Source of the DNA: an uncultured Gammaproteobacteria bacterium
GTDB taxonomy: Bacteria > Pseudomonadota > Gammaproteobacteria > Steroidobacterales > Steroidobacteraceae
Assembly (NCBI GenBank): GCA_963695085.1
Contig: CAVOFV010000001.1
Span: 337,028 to 401,027 of the forward strand
DNA: 64,000 bases
Reading direction: 5' to 3'
This document shows, in pieces, positions 29,996 to 42,034 of the stretch. The position numbers and the translations under genes are program-made. Below the pieces are notes generated by a model that saw nothing but the letters and a program-made list of their open reading frames with translations, was not told the DNA's origin and made no database searches. Position 1 is the first letter of the stretch, and each line of letters opens with the position of its first letter.

Positions 29996-31323
29996 ACACG
30001 GCTGCGCAGGCCACCGCGCTGCAGCGCATTGAGCAGGCGCATGCCGCGGCCCACCCGCAGCTGGGCGGCGGCCCGGCATGGCGGGCGCGACGCAGCGAAG
30101 CGCTCGCCCGCCTGCTGGCGCGCGGTCTGCCCGACCGGCGCGACGAGAACTGGCGCTACCTGGATTTCGCCGACCTGCAGCAACGCGATTTCTCGGCGCC
30201 CGCCCCTGCCGGGATCACCAGCGCCGTGCTCGAGCCGCTGCTGCTCGACCTGCCGGACGCCCACCGGGTCGTGCTGGTCAACGGCCGCTGCCTGCCCGGC
30301 ATGTCGAGCGCCGGCGCGACCGCCGGATTGCGCGTCGAGAGCCTGGCGGCGGCGCTGGCGCGCGACCCGCACGCGACCGCCGGCCTGATGCGCGTGCCGG
30401 GCGATCAGCCGGACGAGCGATTCGCGCTGCTGGCGGAGGCCTTTGCCGACGACGGCGTGGTGGTGAGCGCCGCGGCGACTGACGGCGCCGAACCGCTGCT
30501 CTACCTGGTGCACGTCTCGGTCGGCCCGGCCGCCGCGACTTCGCACTCGCGCGTGCTGTTGAGCGCGGGGCGCAACAGCCGGCTGCGGGTCGTCGAGCAC
30601 TTCCTCAGTGCCGACGACGCGCCGGTGCTGGCCAACCTCGCCTGCGACATCCGCGTCGGGGACGGCGCCGCGCTCGAGCACGTGCGCTTGCACCAGCGCA
30701 GCCAGGCGGCCGCGCACGTCGAGACCCTCGACATCGCCCAGCAGGCTGACAGCCGCTACCGGCAGCAGCTGTTCATCCTCGGCGGCGGACTCGTGCGCAG
30801 CGGGCTGCATGCGCGCCTCGAGGGCGCGGGCGCCGAACACGAGGCCAGCGGACTGTTCATGGTGGACGGCACGCGCCAGGCCGACATCTTCACGCTCATC
30901 GAGCACGTCGCGCCACACACCAGGTCCGAGGAGTCGTTCCGTGGCGTGGCCGTGGACCGCGGCCGCGGCGCGTTCAACGGCCGCATCGTGGTGCGCGAGG
31001 GTGCACAGAAGGCGGACTCGCGGCAGTCGAGCCGCAACCTGATCCTGTCGCCGCTGGCCGAGATCAACGTGCGGCCGCAGCTCGAGATCCTGGCGGACGA
31101 CGTCAAGTGCAGCCACGGCGCCACCGTCGGCCAGCTCGATCCGAACCAGCTTTTCTACCTGCTGTCGCGCGGCCTGGATCCGGACACCGCGCGCGGCCTG
31201 CTGACCTTCGCCTTCTGCGAGGACGTGGTGGCGCGCATTGCGCTGCCCGCGCTGCGCGGGCACGTCGAGCAGCTGGTGGTCGGCCGCCTGCCGGACCGCG
31301 GCCTCATCCGGGAGTTCCTGTGA
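29992..31323 (+). CDS. sufD: Fe-S cluster assembly protein SufD
   Basis: Follows sufC with a 4-nt overlap. The C-terminal block KCSHGATVGQLDPNQLFYLLSRGL is typical of SufD. Confidence 0.92.
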
Positions 31324-32567
31324 TGGCGACCAATCCGGACGCGCCCGCCCCGCTCGACGTCGCGCGCCTGCGGCGTGACTTTCCGATCCTGTCGCGGCGG
31401 ATCCGCGGGCGGCCGCTCGTCTACCTGGACAATGCGGCCTCCTCGCAGCGGCCCCGCGCGGTGATCGACGCCGAGGTGCGCTACTACGAGGAGCACCATT
31501 CGAACGTGCACCGCGGCGTGCACACGCTGTCGCAGGAGGCCACCGATCTGTTCGAAGGCAGTCGCGAGAAGGTGCGTCGTTTCGTCAACGCTGCCTCGAC
31601 GCGCGAGATCGTGTTCGTGCGCGGCACCACCGAGGCGATCAACCTGGTCGCGCAGTCCTGGGGCCGGCCGCGGCTGCAGGCGGGCGACGAAGTGGTGATC
31701 ACCTGGCTCGAGCACCACGCCAACATCGTCCCGTGGCAGCTGGTCTGCGAACAGACCGGCGCGCGGCTGCGCGTCGTGCCCATGGACCGCCGCGGCGTCG
31801 TCGACTTTGACGCCTACCTTGGCCTGCTCGGCCCGCGGACGCGCATGGTCGCGCTGGCGCATGTCTCCAACGCGCTCGGCACGGTGCTGCCGGTACGCGA
31901 GTTTGTCGCAGCGGCACGGGAGCGCGGCATTGCGACGCTGGTGGACGGCGCGCAGGCCGTGCCCCATCAGCGCGTCGACGTGCGGGCGCTCGGTTGCGAC
32001 TTCTACGCCTTCTCGGCCCACAAGGTCTACGGCCCAACCGGCGTAGGCGTGCTGGTCGGGCGCGAGTCGTCGCTCGATTCCATGCCTCCCTGGCAGGGCG
32101 GCGGCGACATGATCCTCACCGTCTCCTTCGAGGGCACCACCTACAACGCACTGCCCTGGAAGTTCGAGGCGGGCACGCCGAACGTGGCAGGCGTGGTCGC
32201 GCTGGGCGCGGCCATCGACTATGTGGAAGGCATCGGCCTGGGGCGCATCGCCGGGCATGAGCAGGCGCTGCTCGAGTACGCCACCGCGCAACTGTCCCGG
32301 GTGCCTGGCCTGACGATCATCGGCACGGCGCCCGACAAGGCCAGCCTGGTGTCTTTCGTGGTCGAGGGTGTGCACCCGCACGATCTCGGCACGATCCTCG
32401 ACGTGGAGGGCATCGCCATTCGCACCGGGCACCACTGCGCGATGCCCGTCATGGATTTCTTCGGCGTGCCGGCGACGGCACGCGCTTCATTCGCGCTGTA
32501 CAACACGCAAGCCGAGGTGGATGCGCTGGTCAGCGGGCTGGGCCGGGCCCGGGAGATGCTCGGATGA
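31323..32567 (+). CDS. sufS: Cysteine desulfurase SufS
   Basis: FPIL...VYLDNAASSQ, PLP-lysine region FSAHKVYGPTGVG and catalytic Cys loop RTGHHCAMP. Confidence 0.95.
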   Translation: MATNPDAPAPLDVARLRRDFPILSRRIRGRPLVYLDNAASSQRPRAVIDAEVRYYEEHHSNVHRGVHTLSQEATDLFEGSREKVRRFVNAASTREIVFVRGTTEAINLVAQSWGRPRLQAGDEVVITWLEHHANIVPWQLVCEQTGARLRVVPMDRRGVVDFDAYLGLLGPRTRMVALAHVSNALGTVLPVREFVAAARERGIATLVDGAQAVPHQRVDVRALGCDFYAFSAHKVYGPTGVGVLVGRESSLDSMPPWQGGGDMILTVSFEGTTYNALPWKFEAGTPNVAGVVALGAAIDYVEGIGLGRIAGHEQALLEYATAQLSRVPGLTIIGTAPDKASLVSFVVEGVHPHDLGTILDVEGIAIRTGHHCAMPVMDFFGVPATARASFALYNTQAEVDALVSGLGRAREMLG

Positions 32568-33010
32568 TGGACCTGGCTGACCTGTACCGCGACGTGGTTG
32601 TGGACCACAACCGCAAGCCGCGGAACTTCGGCAAGCTCGCGCACGCCAACCGCACCGCCGAGGGCACCAATCCCCTGTGCGGCGACCGCCTGCACGTGTA
32701 TCTCGAGGTCGAGGGCGACGTGGTCCGGGACGTACGGTTCGAAGGCCAGGGCTGCGCAATCTCGACCGCCTCGGCGTCGCTGATGAGCGAGGCGATCAAG
32801 GGCAAGCGCGTGCAGGAGGTGCGGGACCTGTTCAAGGATGTCCACGCCATGCTCACCCGGCAGGACGCCGCACCGGCCGCCGGCCTGGGCAAGCTCGCCG
32901 CGCTGTCCGGCGTCCGCGAGTTCCCGGCCCGGGTCAAGTGCGCCAGTCTGTGCTGGCACACGCTCAACGCGGCGCTCGCGCAGGACACGACACCGGTCAC
33001 CACGGAATGA
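32564..33010 (+). CDS. sufU: SufU-type (NifU N-terminal-like) sulfur acceptor/scaffold
   Basis: LYRDVVVDHNRKPRN, NPLCGDRL, FEGQGCAISTASASLMSEAIKGK and FPARVKCASLCW parallel B. subtilis SufU as I recall it. KC rather than the IscU HC before the third Cys. Confidence 0.85.
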   Translation: MMDLADLYRDVVVDHNRKPRNFGKLAHANRTAEGTNPLCGDRLHVYLEVEGDVVRDVRFEGQGCAISTASASLMSEAIKGKRVQEVRDLFKDVHAMLTRQDAAPAAGLGKLAALSGVREFPARVKCASLCWHTLNAALAQDTTPVTTE

Positions 33011-33564
33011 ACATGCGACAGCACAGCAACGAACCGGTCGTGCTGCAGCGCGACGTCAAGGCGGTGATGATCCCGGCGGGCCTGGAGGTCACGCTGCGCA
33101 CCGGCAATGTCGGCTACATCACGCAGGCGCTCGGCGGCAGCTTCACCGTGTACGTCGAGGGCAACCTGTTCCGCATCCCGGGCGACGACGCCGATGCGAT
33201 CGGCAAGGAGCCGTTCGCCAAGCCGGAACTGCCGCCCGGTGCCACCGACGAGGACGTCAAGAAGCTGGTGTGGGACCAGCTGAAAGCCTGCTTCGACCCC
33301 GAGATCCCGATCAATGTCGTCGACCTCGGGCTCATCTACGATTGCGACGTCACGCGCAACGAAGACGGCTCGCGCGACGTCTACGTGCGCATGACACTGA
33401 CCGCGCCCGGCTGCGGCATGGGCGAGGTGCTGGTGCAGGACGTCAAGGACAACGTCGAAGCGGTGCCGACGATTCGCGAAGCGCGGGTTGAACTCGTGTT
33501 CGACCCGCCCTGGGATCATTCGATGATGTCGGAGGCGGCGCGGCTCGCCACCGGCATGATGTAG
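33007..33564 (+). CDS. sufT: SufT-like Fe-S assembly protein (DUF59 domain)
   Basis: C-terminal DUF59 block DPEIPINVVDLGLIY...LTAPGCGMG. ATGA overlap with sufU. Confidence 0.8.
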   Translation: MNMRQHSNEPVVLQRDVKAVMIPAGLEVTLRTGNVGYITQALGGSFTVYVEGNLFRIPGDDADAIGKEPFAKPELPPGATDEDVKKLVWDQLKACFDPEIPINVVDLGLIYDCDVTRNEDGSRDVYVRMTLTAPGCGMGEVLVQDVKDNVEAVPTIREARVELVFDPPWDHSMMSEAARLATGMM

Positions 33565-33588
33565 GCCGGCGCGGCGCCGGACGCGGCC

Positions 33589-36500
33589 TCAGTCGATCAG
33601 CGACAGCAGCGCCGTGTTGCCGCCCACTGCCGCCACGTTGACCGTCACCGCCTGTTCCACCGCAAACTGCTGCAGGTAGCGCGGCCCGCCGGCCTTGGCG
33701 CCTATGCCGCACGTTCCCCGCCCGCCGAACGGCTGCACCCCGACCACCGCGCCCGTCATGTCGCGGTTGACGTAGACGTTGCCGACCCGTGCGCGCGCCG
33801 CCACCCGCCTCGCGACCGCGTCGATCCGCGAGTGCACACCGAGCGTGAGCGCGTCGCCCATGGCATTGATGGCGTCGACCACGCGGTCCAGCTGGTCTGC
33901 CCGGAAACGCACGATGTGCAGCACCGGCCCGAACACCTCGCCCGGCAACGCTGCCGCGTCCGGAATCTCGAGCGCAAGTGGCGCAACAAACTGGCCGCGC
34001 CGGGTCTCCGCGCCGATCGCCACACGGTGGTGCCAGCGCGACGCCGCGATGGCCTGCTCGGCATAGGCCTCGAGCGCCTCGCGAGCCACCGCGTCGATCA
34101 CCGGACCGACGTCGCTGGCCAGCAACGCCGGGTCGCCCACCCGCAGCAGGTCCATCGCGCCGGCCAGCAGGTCCCGCACCTCATCCGCGATGTCTTCCTG
34201 CACGAACAGCACGCGCAGCGCGGCGCTACGCTGTCCCGCGCTGTGGAATGCGCCGGCGATGGCGTCCTGCACGACCTGTGCGTGCAGCGCGGAGCTGTCC
34301 GCGATCAGCGCGTTGCGTCCGCCGCTCTCCGCAATCAGGGCCGGCATCGGACCGCTGCGCCCGGCCAGGCCGCGGCCGACCTGCCGCAGGGTATCCGCCG
34401 ACCCGCTGACCGCCACGCCATCGACACGCGCATCGGCAGCCATGCGCGCGCCCAGCGCATCGCTGCCGGGCAGGAAGTGCAGCAGGTCCGTGGGCACGCC
34501 AGCCTCGTGCAGCAGGCGCACGGCGACTGCGGCAACCAGTGGTGTCTGCGCGGCCGGTTTGGCGAGCACTGCGTTGCCGGCCGCCAGCGCAGCGGCCAGC
34601 TGGCCCGTGAATGCCGCCAGTGGCGAACTGAACGGGCTCAGGCAGACGAACACGCCGCGCCCGTGCAGCTGCAGGCGGTTGCTCTCGCCGGTCGGCCCCG
34701 CCAGCTCCAGCGGCAGGAAATCCTGCCGCAGGCGCGCGGCGTAGTAGCGCAGGTAATCCACAGCCTGCCGCAGTTCCGCGAGGCTGTCCGGCACCGTCTT
34801 GCCGGCCTCGCGCACGCAGCGGGCCAGGAACTCCGCGCGGTGCTCCTCGAAGGCCAGCGCCGCCGTGTCCAGGACATCCGCGCGCACCGCCGGCGCCCTG
34901 CGGTCCCACGCGGGCTGCGCGCGTCTCGCCAGCGTGAATGCCTCCTCGACCAGCGCGGCATCCGCCTCGCGCACCTCGCCGACGACCTGTTCGCGATCGG
35001 CGGGATTGCGCAATTCGCGGCGCGTCCCGTCACGCAGCTTGCCGCCGACCAGCGGCGCCGCGCGCCACGGCGCTGATGTCGCGACGCGGCAGCTCGCTGC
35101 CAGCTTCGCCTGCTCGGCGCCATCCGCCAGGTTGATGCCCATCGAGTTGGTCCGCTCGTCGGCAAACAGCCGCGGTGGCGGCGGGATGCGCGGGTGCTCG
35201 ATCGTCTGGAAGCCCTCCACCTCGGTCACCGGGTCGCGCACGATTTCGGCGGCCGGCACGTTTTCGTCCACGATCCGGTTCACGAACGAGGTGTTGGCCC
35301 CGTTCTCGAGCAGCCGCCGCACCAGGTAGGGCAGCAGGTCTTCGTGCGAGCCGACCGGCGCGTAGACGCGGCACGGCACCGGCCCGCCCTGCGGATCGCG
35401 CAGGCTGTCGTAGAGCTCCTCGCCCATGCCATGCAGGCGCTGGAATTCGAAGTCGCGGCCGTTCTTCCCGGCCACGTGCATGACCCAGGCCACCGAGTGC
35501 GCATTGTGCGAGGCGAATTGCGGATACAGGTGCCGGCTGCCCTCGAGCAGCAGTCGGGCGCAGGCCAGGAACGACACGTCGGTATTGGGCTTGCGCGTGA
35601 AGACCGGGTAGCCCGGCAGACCGCGCTCCTGCGAGCGCTTGATCTCCGCGTCCCAGTAGGCGCCCTTGACCAGCCTGACGTTGACCGTGCGGCCGGTCTC
35701 CTCCACACGCGCGTCGAGCCAGCGCAACAGGTCGGCGGCACGCTTCTGGTAGCTCTGCACCGCGAGGCCCAGGCCCGGCCAGCCGTCCAGCGCCGGCAGG
35801 CTGAGCAGCCGGTCGAACAGTTCCAGGGACAGCTCCAGGCGGTCCACCTCTTCCGCATCGATGGTAAAGGCGATGCCGGCCTTCATGGACTCGAGCGCCA
35901 GCGCCTCGAGCTTCGGCCCGAGCTTCGCCAGCACGTCCTCGCGGTGCGCGAATTCGTAGCGCGGATGCAGCGCCGACAGCTTTACCGAAATGGACGGCCA
36001 GGCGGCCGGCGGCATGCCGGGCTTCGCCATGGTCTTCACCTGGTGGATGGCCTTGCCGTACGCCTCGAAATAGCGCTGGTCGTTGCCCTCGGTGCACGCC
36101 GACTCGCCCAGCATGTCGAAGGTGTAGCGGTAGCGATGGTTGTCGCCGGCCGAGGCGCGGCGAATCGCCTCCGGAATGGTGCGGCCCATGACGAACTGGT
36201 GCCCCATGATGCGCATGGCCTGGCGGAACGCACCCCGCACCACCGGTTCGCCGAGGCGCGACACGAGCCGCTCGAGCAGCGACGCCGGATCGTCGAGGTC
36301 CGAGGCGCTGGGACGCACGACGCGACCCGTGAGCATCAGCCCCCAGGTGGAGGCGTTGACGAACATCGACTCGGCCTCGCCGAGGTGCTCCTTCCAGTTG
36401 CCCGAGTTGATCTTCTCGGCGATCAGTTTGTCCGCGGTCTCGTCATCGGGGATGCGCAGGAGCGCCTCGGCGATGCACATCAGCATGACGCCCTCGCGCG

Positions 36501-36741
36501 AACCCAGGTCGTACTGCTGCAGGAATGCCTCGATGCCGCCCGAGCCCTTGCGCTCGCGGCGCACCGTTTCCACGAGCTTGATGGCCGCCGCGGTCACGCT
36601 GTCGCGGCCCGCGTCCGGCAGCCGCGCGAGCGGGATATTCTCGCGCACCACCGCGGTCTCATCGCCCAGGTAGTGGCGGTTGATCGCGCGTCCGATGGGC
36701 GTCGGTCCCGCCCACCCTGCCGGCCAGATGAACTCGCTCAT
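33589..36741 (-). CDS. putA: Bifunctional proline dehydrogenase / L-glutamate-gamma-semialdehyde dehydrogenase PutA (no obvious N-terminal RHH domain)
   Basis: About 1050 aa with an N-terminal PRODH barrel region and a C-terminal ALDH (AESGGRNALIAD..., FGGRGTCGIGAKAGGP). The ATG at 36741 has an AGGAG Shine-Dalgarno sequence; the ORF is open to 36798. Confidence 0.9.
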   Translation of the reverse strand: MSEFIWPAGWAGPTPIGRAINRHYLGDETAVVRENIPLARLPDAGRDSVTAAAIKLVETVRRERKGSGGIEAFLQQYDLGSREGVMLMCIAEALLRIPDDETADKLIAEKINSGNWKEHLGEAESMFVNASTWGLMLTGRVVRPSASDLDDPASLLERLVSRLGEPVVRGAFRQAMRIMGHQFVMGRTIPEAIRRASAGDNHRYRYTFDMLGESACTEGNDQRYFEAYGKAIHQVKTMAKPGMPPAAWPSISVKLSALHPRYEFAHREDVLAKLGPKLEALALESMKAGIAFTIDAEEVDRLELSLELFDRLLSLPALDGWPGLGLAVQSYQKRAADLLRWLDARVEETGRTVNVRLVKGAYWDAEIKRSQERGLPGYPVFTRKPNTDVSFLACARLLLEGSRHLYPQFASHNAHSVAWVMHVAGKNGRDFEFQRLHGMGEELYDSLRDPQGGPVPCRVYAPVGSHEDLLPYLVRRLLENGANTSFVNRIVDENVPAAEIVRDPVTEVEGFQTIEHPRIPPPPRLFADERTNSMGINLADGAEQAKLAASCRVATSAPWRAAPLVGGKLRDGTRRELRNPADREQVVGEVREADAALVEEAFTLARRAQPAWDRRAPAVRADVLDTAALAFEEHRAEFLARCVREAGKTVPDSLAELRQAVDYLRYYAARLRQDFLPLELAGPTGESNRLQLHGRGVFVCLSPFSSPLAAFTGQLAAALAAGNAVLAKPAAQTPLVAAVAVRLLHEAGVPTDLLHFLPGSDALGARMAADARVDGVAVSGSADTLRQVGRGLAGRSGPMPALIAESGGRNALIADSSALHAQVVQDAIAGAFHSAGQRSAALRVLFVQEDIADEVRDLLAGAMDLLRVGDPALLASDVGPVIDAVAREALEAYAEQAIAASRWHHRVAIGAETRRGQFVAPLALEIPDAAALPGEVFGPVLHIVRFRADQLDRVVDAINAMGDALTLGVHSRIDAVARRVAARARVGNVYVNRDMTGAVVGVQPFGGRGTCGIGAKAGGPRYLQQFAVEQAVTVNVAAVGGNTALLSLID

Positions 36742-36849
36742 GGATCGCTCCTGCAACCGCGCGGGCGCCGCCCGCGCGGGCGGCCGTTGGTCAGTCAATG
36801 TAGTTTATTTCACTGATCCAGCGGCCTGTATAAGTGATATTCTGAAACG

Positions 36850-36883
36850 GGGCCGGATCCGATCATGCAACTGGATCCGGCCC
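36850..36883 (-). terminator. Hairpin overlapping the LysR stop codon (possible terminator)
   Basis: gggccggatcc / ggatccggccc 11-bp stem. There is a T-run on the plus side and only a weak U-tract on the minus side. Confidence 0.35.
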
Positions 36884-37756
36884 TTTTTCCTGTTCGCGCA
36901 ACAGCGCCGAGAAGCGCTGCCCCGCGCGACCGGGTGGCCGGTCGAGGCGATGCACCAGGCTCGGCGTGAACCGGTAACGCGAGCCTCCCACGTAGGGCAG
37001 TTCCAGCAGCGTCTGCTCCTCCAGTTCCCGTTCCACGAGGTACAGCGGCATCCAGCCGAAGCCGAGGCCCATGAGCAGCGCCTCCTTCTTCGGCATGAAG
37101 CCGGACAGGTAGAAGACCCGCTCGCCACCGAACATGTGCTGGTCGTCGCCGCGTTCCGCGGAGTCCTGCACCGACAGCTCGACGTGCTCCTGCAATTCCA
37201 TCAGCGTCACGGCGGAGCGCGCGGCGAGCGCGTGGGACGGCGCCACGCACAGCACGCACTCCACGTCCGGCAGTGCCTCGACCTGCAGGTAGGGGCTGGC
37301 TTCGAAGTCCTTCACCAGCATCAGGTCGGCGACGTCCTTGTCGAATCGGTATTGCACGCCGTGCAGGAACTCGACCTTGACCTGGATTCGCGTCGGGATG
37401 CGTTCGTCCGCCATGGCCTTCAAGGCCGCGAGCGTCGGCGCCAGCGGCAGGATGCCGTCCACCACCACGACCAGCCGCGGCTCCCAGCCGGCCGCGAAAT
37501 CGCGCGCCAGCGACTCGACCTGCTTGGCCTGCGCCAGCAGCCGACGGCCCTCGGCCAGCACCGCCTCGCCTGCCACCGTGAGGCGCACGCGGTAACCGTC
37601 CCGGTTCAGCAAGACAATGCCGAGCTGTTCCTCCAGCTTGCGGACCTTGTAGCTGACGGCCGACTGCGCCTTGTGCAACTGCAGCGCAGCGCGAGCAAAG
37701 CCGCCTTCGCGTACGACCGCGTCGAGAGCCGCCACCGCCGACAGATCGAGATGCAT
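36863..37756 (-). CDS. LysR-family transcriptional regulator
   Basis: N-terminal HTH LDAVVREGGFARAALQLHKAQSAVSYKVRKLEEQLG. 297 aa. Divergent from the lyase gene. Confidence 0.9.
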   Translation of the reverse strand: MHLDLSAVAALDAVVREGGFARAALQLHKAQSAVSYKVRKLEEQLGIVLLNRDGYRVRLTVAGEAVLAEGRRLLAQAKQVESLARDFAAGWEPRLVVVVDGILPLAPTLAALKAMADERIPTRIQVKVEFLHGVQYRFDKDVADLMLVKDFEASPYLQVEALPDVECVLCVAPSHALAARSAVTLMELQEHVELSVQDSAERGDDQHMFGGERVFYLSGFMPKKEALLMGLGFGWMPLYLVERELEEQTLLELPYVGGSRYRFTPSLVHRLDRPPGRAGQRFSALLREQEKGPDPVA

Positions 37757-39317
<1,561 letters not shown>

Positions 39318-39388
39318 CCACGTCGACCTGTTGCACGACGGCCCAGGGTCGCGGAGGATGCGGGTGACGCACTGCAGCCCCTGAGCCA

Positions 39389-40033
39389 ATGAGCGAGCCA
39401 GTCCAGCGTATCCAGTCCCGCGGCGAGGAATTCGCCAACAGCGCAAGTCATGGCATCGCGCTGCTGCTCGCGCTGCTGGGCCTGCCGGTGCTGATTGTCA
39501 CCGCCATGCGCGGCGGCAGTACCGCCGGCATCGTGGGCGCCGCCGTGTTCGGCACCACGATGGTGCTGACCTACCTCGCCTCGACCGTGTACCACGGCTT
39601 GCAGCATGGCCGCGCCAAACGGGTGTTCCAGCTGCTGGACCACGCTTCGATCTATCTGCTGATTGCCGGCACCTACACGCCGTTCACGCTCAACGTGCTG
39701 CCGGCCCCCTGGGGTTGGGCGCTGTTCGCGCTGGTGTGGACGCTGGCCGTCATCGGCATCGTGCTGAAGGCGGTACCCGGTCCGCGGCGTCCCATCCTGT
39801 CCACGCTGCTGTACATCGGCATGGGCTGGCTGATCGTCATCGCGATCAAGCCGCTGCTGGCGAGCATGCCGCTGGCGGGCCTGTGGTGGCTGTTCGGAGG
39901 CGGTCTGGCTTACACGGGCGGCACCGCGGTCTACGCGATGAGACGCCTGCCGTACGGCCATTTCATCTGGCACCTGTTCGTCATGACCGGCTCGGCCTGT
40001 CACTACGTCGCGGTATTGTTGTACGCGTTGTAG
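39389..40033 (+). CDS. Hemolysin III / PAQR-family membrane protein
   Basis: 7-TM profile with LDHASIYLLIAGTYTPF and HLFVMTGSACHY motifs. Confidence 0.85.
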   Translation: MSEPVQRIQSRGEEFANSASHGIALLLALLGLPVLIVTAMRGGSTAGIVGAAVFGTTMVLTYLASTVYHGLQHGRAKRVFQLLDHASIYLLIAGTYTPFTLNVLPAPWGWALFALVWTLAVIGIVLKAVPGPRRPILSTLLYIGMGWLIVIAIKPLLASMPLAGLWWLFGGGLAYTGGTAVYAMRRLPYGHFIWHLFVMTGSACHYVAVLLYAL

Positions 40034-40054
40034 GGCGCGGCGCTTGCCGGGCCA

Positions 40055-40468
40055 TCACGGCTGCCGCAGCGTGCGCCGGTAGTCGTCGAGGATGCGGCCG
40101 TGATCGAACGCCAGCGGCGGCAGATCATCCAGTGTCACGACCCTGACCGCGGCCGCGTCGTCGCCCGCCACGGGCGTACCGCGCGCCTCGGCCACATACA
40201 CGATGGAGACCGTGTGCCCGCGCGGGTCGCGTCCCGGCTCCGAATAGACGCCCAGCATTGACTTGAGCGTGACCGTAAGCCCGGTCTCCTCCAGCGCCTC
40301 GCGCCGCGCCGCCGCCTCGACGGTTTCGCCCAGGTCCACGAAGCCACCGGGCAATGCATGGCCCGGCGGCGGGTGACGGCGCTCGATCAGCACGATGGGC
40401 CGCCCCGGCCGGTCGGCCAGCTCGATGACCAGGTCGACAGTCAGCGCGGGAGTGACGGGTCGCGGCAT
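40055..40468 (-). CDS. NUDIX hydrolase
   Basis: Nudix box GGFVDLGETVEAAARREALEETGL. Confidence 0.88.
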   Translation of the reverse strand: MPRPVTPALTVDLVIELADRPGRPIVLIERRHPPPGHALPGGFVDLGETVEAAARREALEETGLTVTLKSMLGVYSEPGRDPRGHTVSIVYVAEARGTPVAGDDAAAVRVVTLDDLPPLAFDHGRILDDYRRTLRQP

Positions 40469-40488
40469 CGTTGCTCCCCGCGCCGGTT

Positions 40489-41190
40489 TCAGAACCCGAA
40501 CACCAGGTTCGCGGTCAGTACCTGGTCGGTCTTCTCGGTCAGGGGCTGCACGTCCGTGTTGTGCCGGATGGCGTAGGTCAGTCCCAGCGCCAGCGACGAG
40601 TTCATCTTCACCTCGAGCGCCAGCTCGTTCTGCATGAACGTGTTGTCGGAGCCGCTCTCGATCAGGAACCGGTTCGCGACCAGCGTCGTGTCCGTGAGCC
40701 TGCGCTCGAAGTTCAGCGCGCCGCGCATGATGGCTTGGTCGGACTGGTCGCCGGTCAGTCGCAGTTCGGACTGCCGGAAACCGACGCCGATCTTGCCGTC
40801 GAACTTGGTGGATTCCGTGTCGACGAACTTGTAGCCATAGCCCGCCGAGGCGGTGGCCTGGTAGCTGTAATCGGTGAACTTGTCGTTCTCGTAGCGCAGC
40901 GCGCCGAACAGGTAGCTACGATCCGTCAGCTTGTAGTTCGACTCGCCGCGCAGCTCGAACCGGTCGGCGGCGGTCAGCCCGTCGTTCGAGGTACGCAGCA
41001 TCGAGAAGCCGGCGCCGTGCTTCCAGCGATCCAGTTCGCGGCTCATGTCGAGTCGTGCGTTGACGGTCTCGGCCTCGGTGTTGCCGCGCGCCAGCACGCC
41101 TCCCAGCTCTCCCTTGCCGACCCATTCAGCCTGCGCCGGGCTGGCCCATACGACGACTGCCGCCAGGGCGGCAATACTGATCATTCTCAT
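40489..41190 (-). CDS. DUF481 (YdiY-like) outer-membrane beta-barrel protein
   Basis: Signal peptide MRMISIAALAAVVVWASPAQA, alternating beta-strand pattern and a C-terminal aromatic end (NLVFGF). Confidence 0.7.
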   Translation of the reverse strand: MRMISIAALAAVVVWASPAQAEWVGKGELGGVLARGNTEAETVNARLDMSRELDRWKHGAGFSMLRTSNDGLTAADRFELRGESNYKLTDRSYLFGALRYENDKFTDYSYQATASAGYGYKFVDTESTKFDGKIGVGFRQSELRLTGDQSDQAIMRGALNFERRLTDTTLVANRFLIESGSDNTFMQNELALEVKMNSSLALGLTYAIRHNTDVQPLTEKTDQVLTANLVFGF

Positions 41191-41257
41191 GGTGGAAATT
41201 CTCACTCGGGTAGCGGGGTGCGCGCGCATTCTAGCCTGCGCAGCCGGCGGATCCCAC

Positions 41258-42034
41258 TCAGGCTGCGGCCTCGGCCTTGAGCGCCGCCGCCGCGGCGGCG
41301 CCGAGATAGCGCTCGATCAGGCGCCGGCCGAGGTAGATGAGCGGAATGAGCGCGACTGCCATCAGCATCTTGTAGCCGTAATTCACGGTGCCGACGGCCA
41401 GGAACAGGTCGATGGGCCACTGCTGCGGGCCGAGCACGAAGGCGATGTACAGCACCACGAAGCTGTCCACCAGCTGCGAGATCGCGGTGGAGCCGGTCGC
41501 CCTGAGCCAGATCCAGCGCTCGCCGGTCGCGCTGCGGATGCGGTGGAACACCGCGACGTCGATCAGCTGCCCGATCAGGAAGGCGACGATGGAGCCGCCG
41601 ATGGTCCACAGTCCCTGGCCGAAGACGCTGGCAAACGCCGCCTGCATGTCCGGTACGCCGCGCTCGCCCGCCACCGTGACCCACCAGGACGCCGGTGCCA
41701 GCTCGATGGCGGCATAGGCGAACAGGAACGCGTACGCGATGCACCCCACCGCCAGCCACGAGATGAACCGCACGCCGCGCACGCCGAAGTACTCGTTGAT
41801 GACGTCGGTCATGATGAACACGACCGGCCACAGCATGACGCCCGCGGTGAACGACAGTGATCCCGACTGCCCGAACAGCCGCCAGTCCACCGGCGGCAGG
41901 CCCAGCGTGTCCTCGAGCGCGAAGATCTTCACGCCGATGAACTCGGCCATCAGCGCGTTGGTCACGAACAGTCCGCAGAGCACGACGAACAGGCGGCTCG
42001 GGCGCTGGCTGACGGGCGACACCGAGCGGCTCAC
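41258..42034 (-). CDS. VUT/DUF165 family queuosine-precursor transporter (YhhQ-like)
   Basis: WPVVFIMTDVINEYFG, GQLIDVAVFHRIR and ATGSTAISQLVDSFVVLYIAF parallel E. coli YhhQ blocks. The GTG at 42034 overlaps the cupin stop (GTGA); the ORF is open to 42121. Confidence 0.8.
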   Translation of the reverse strand: MSRSVSPVSQRPSRLFVVLCGLFVTNALMAEFIGVKIFALEDTLGLPPVDWRLFGQSGSLSFTAGVMLWPVVFIMTDVINEYFGVRGVRFISWLAVGCIAYAFLFAYAAIELAPASWWVTVAGERGVPDMQAAFASVFGQGLWTIGGSIVAFLIGQLIDVAVFHRIRSATGERWIWLRATGSTAISQLVDSFVVLYIAFVLGPQQWPIDLFLAVGTVNYGYKMLMAVALIPLIYLGRRLIERYLGAAAAAALKAEAAA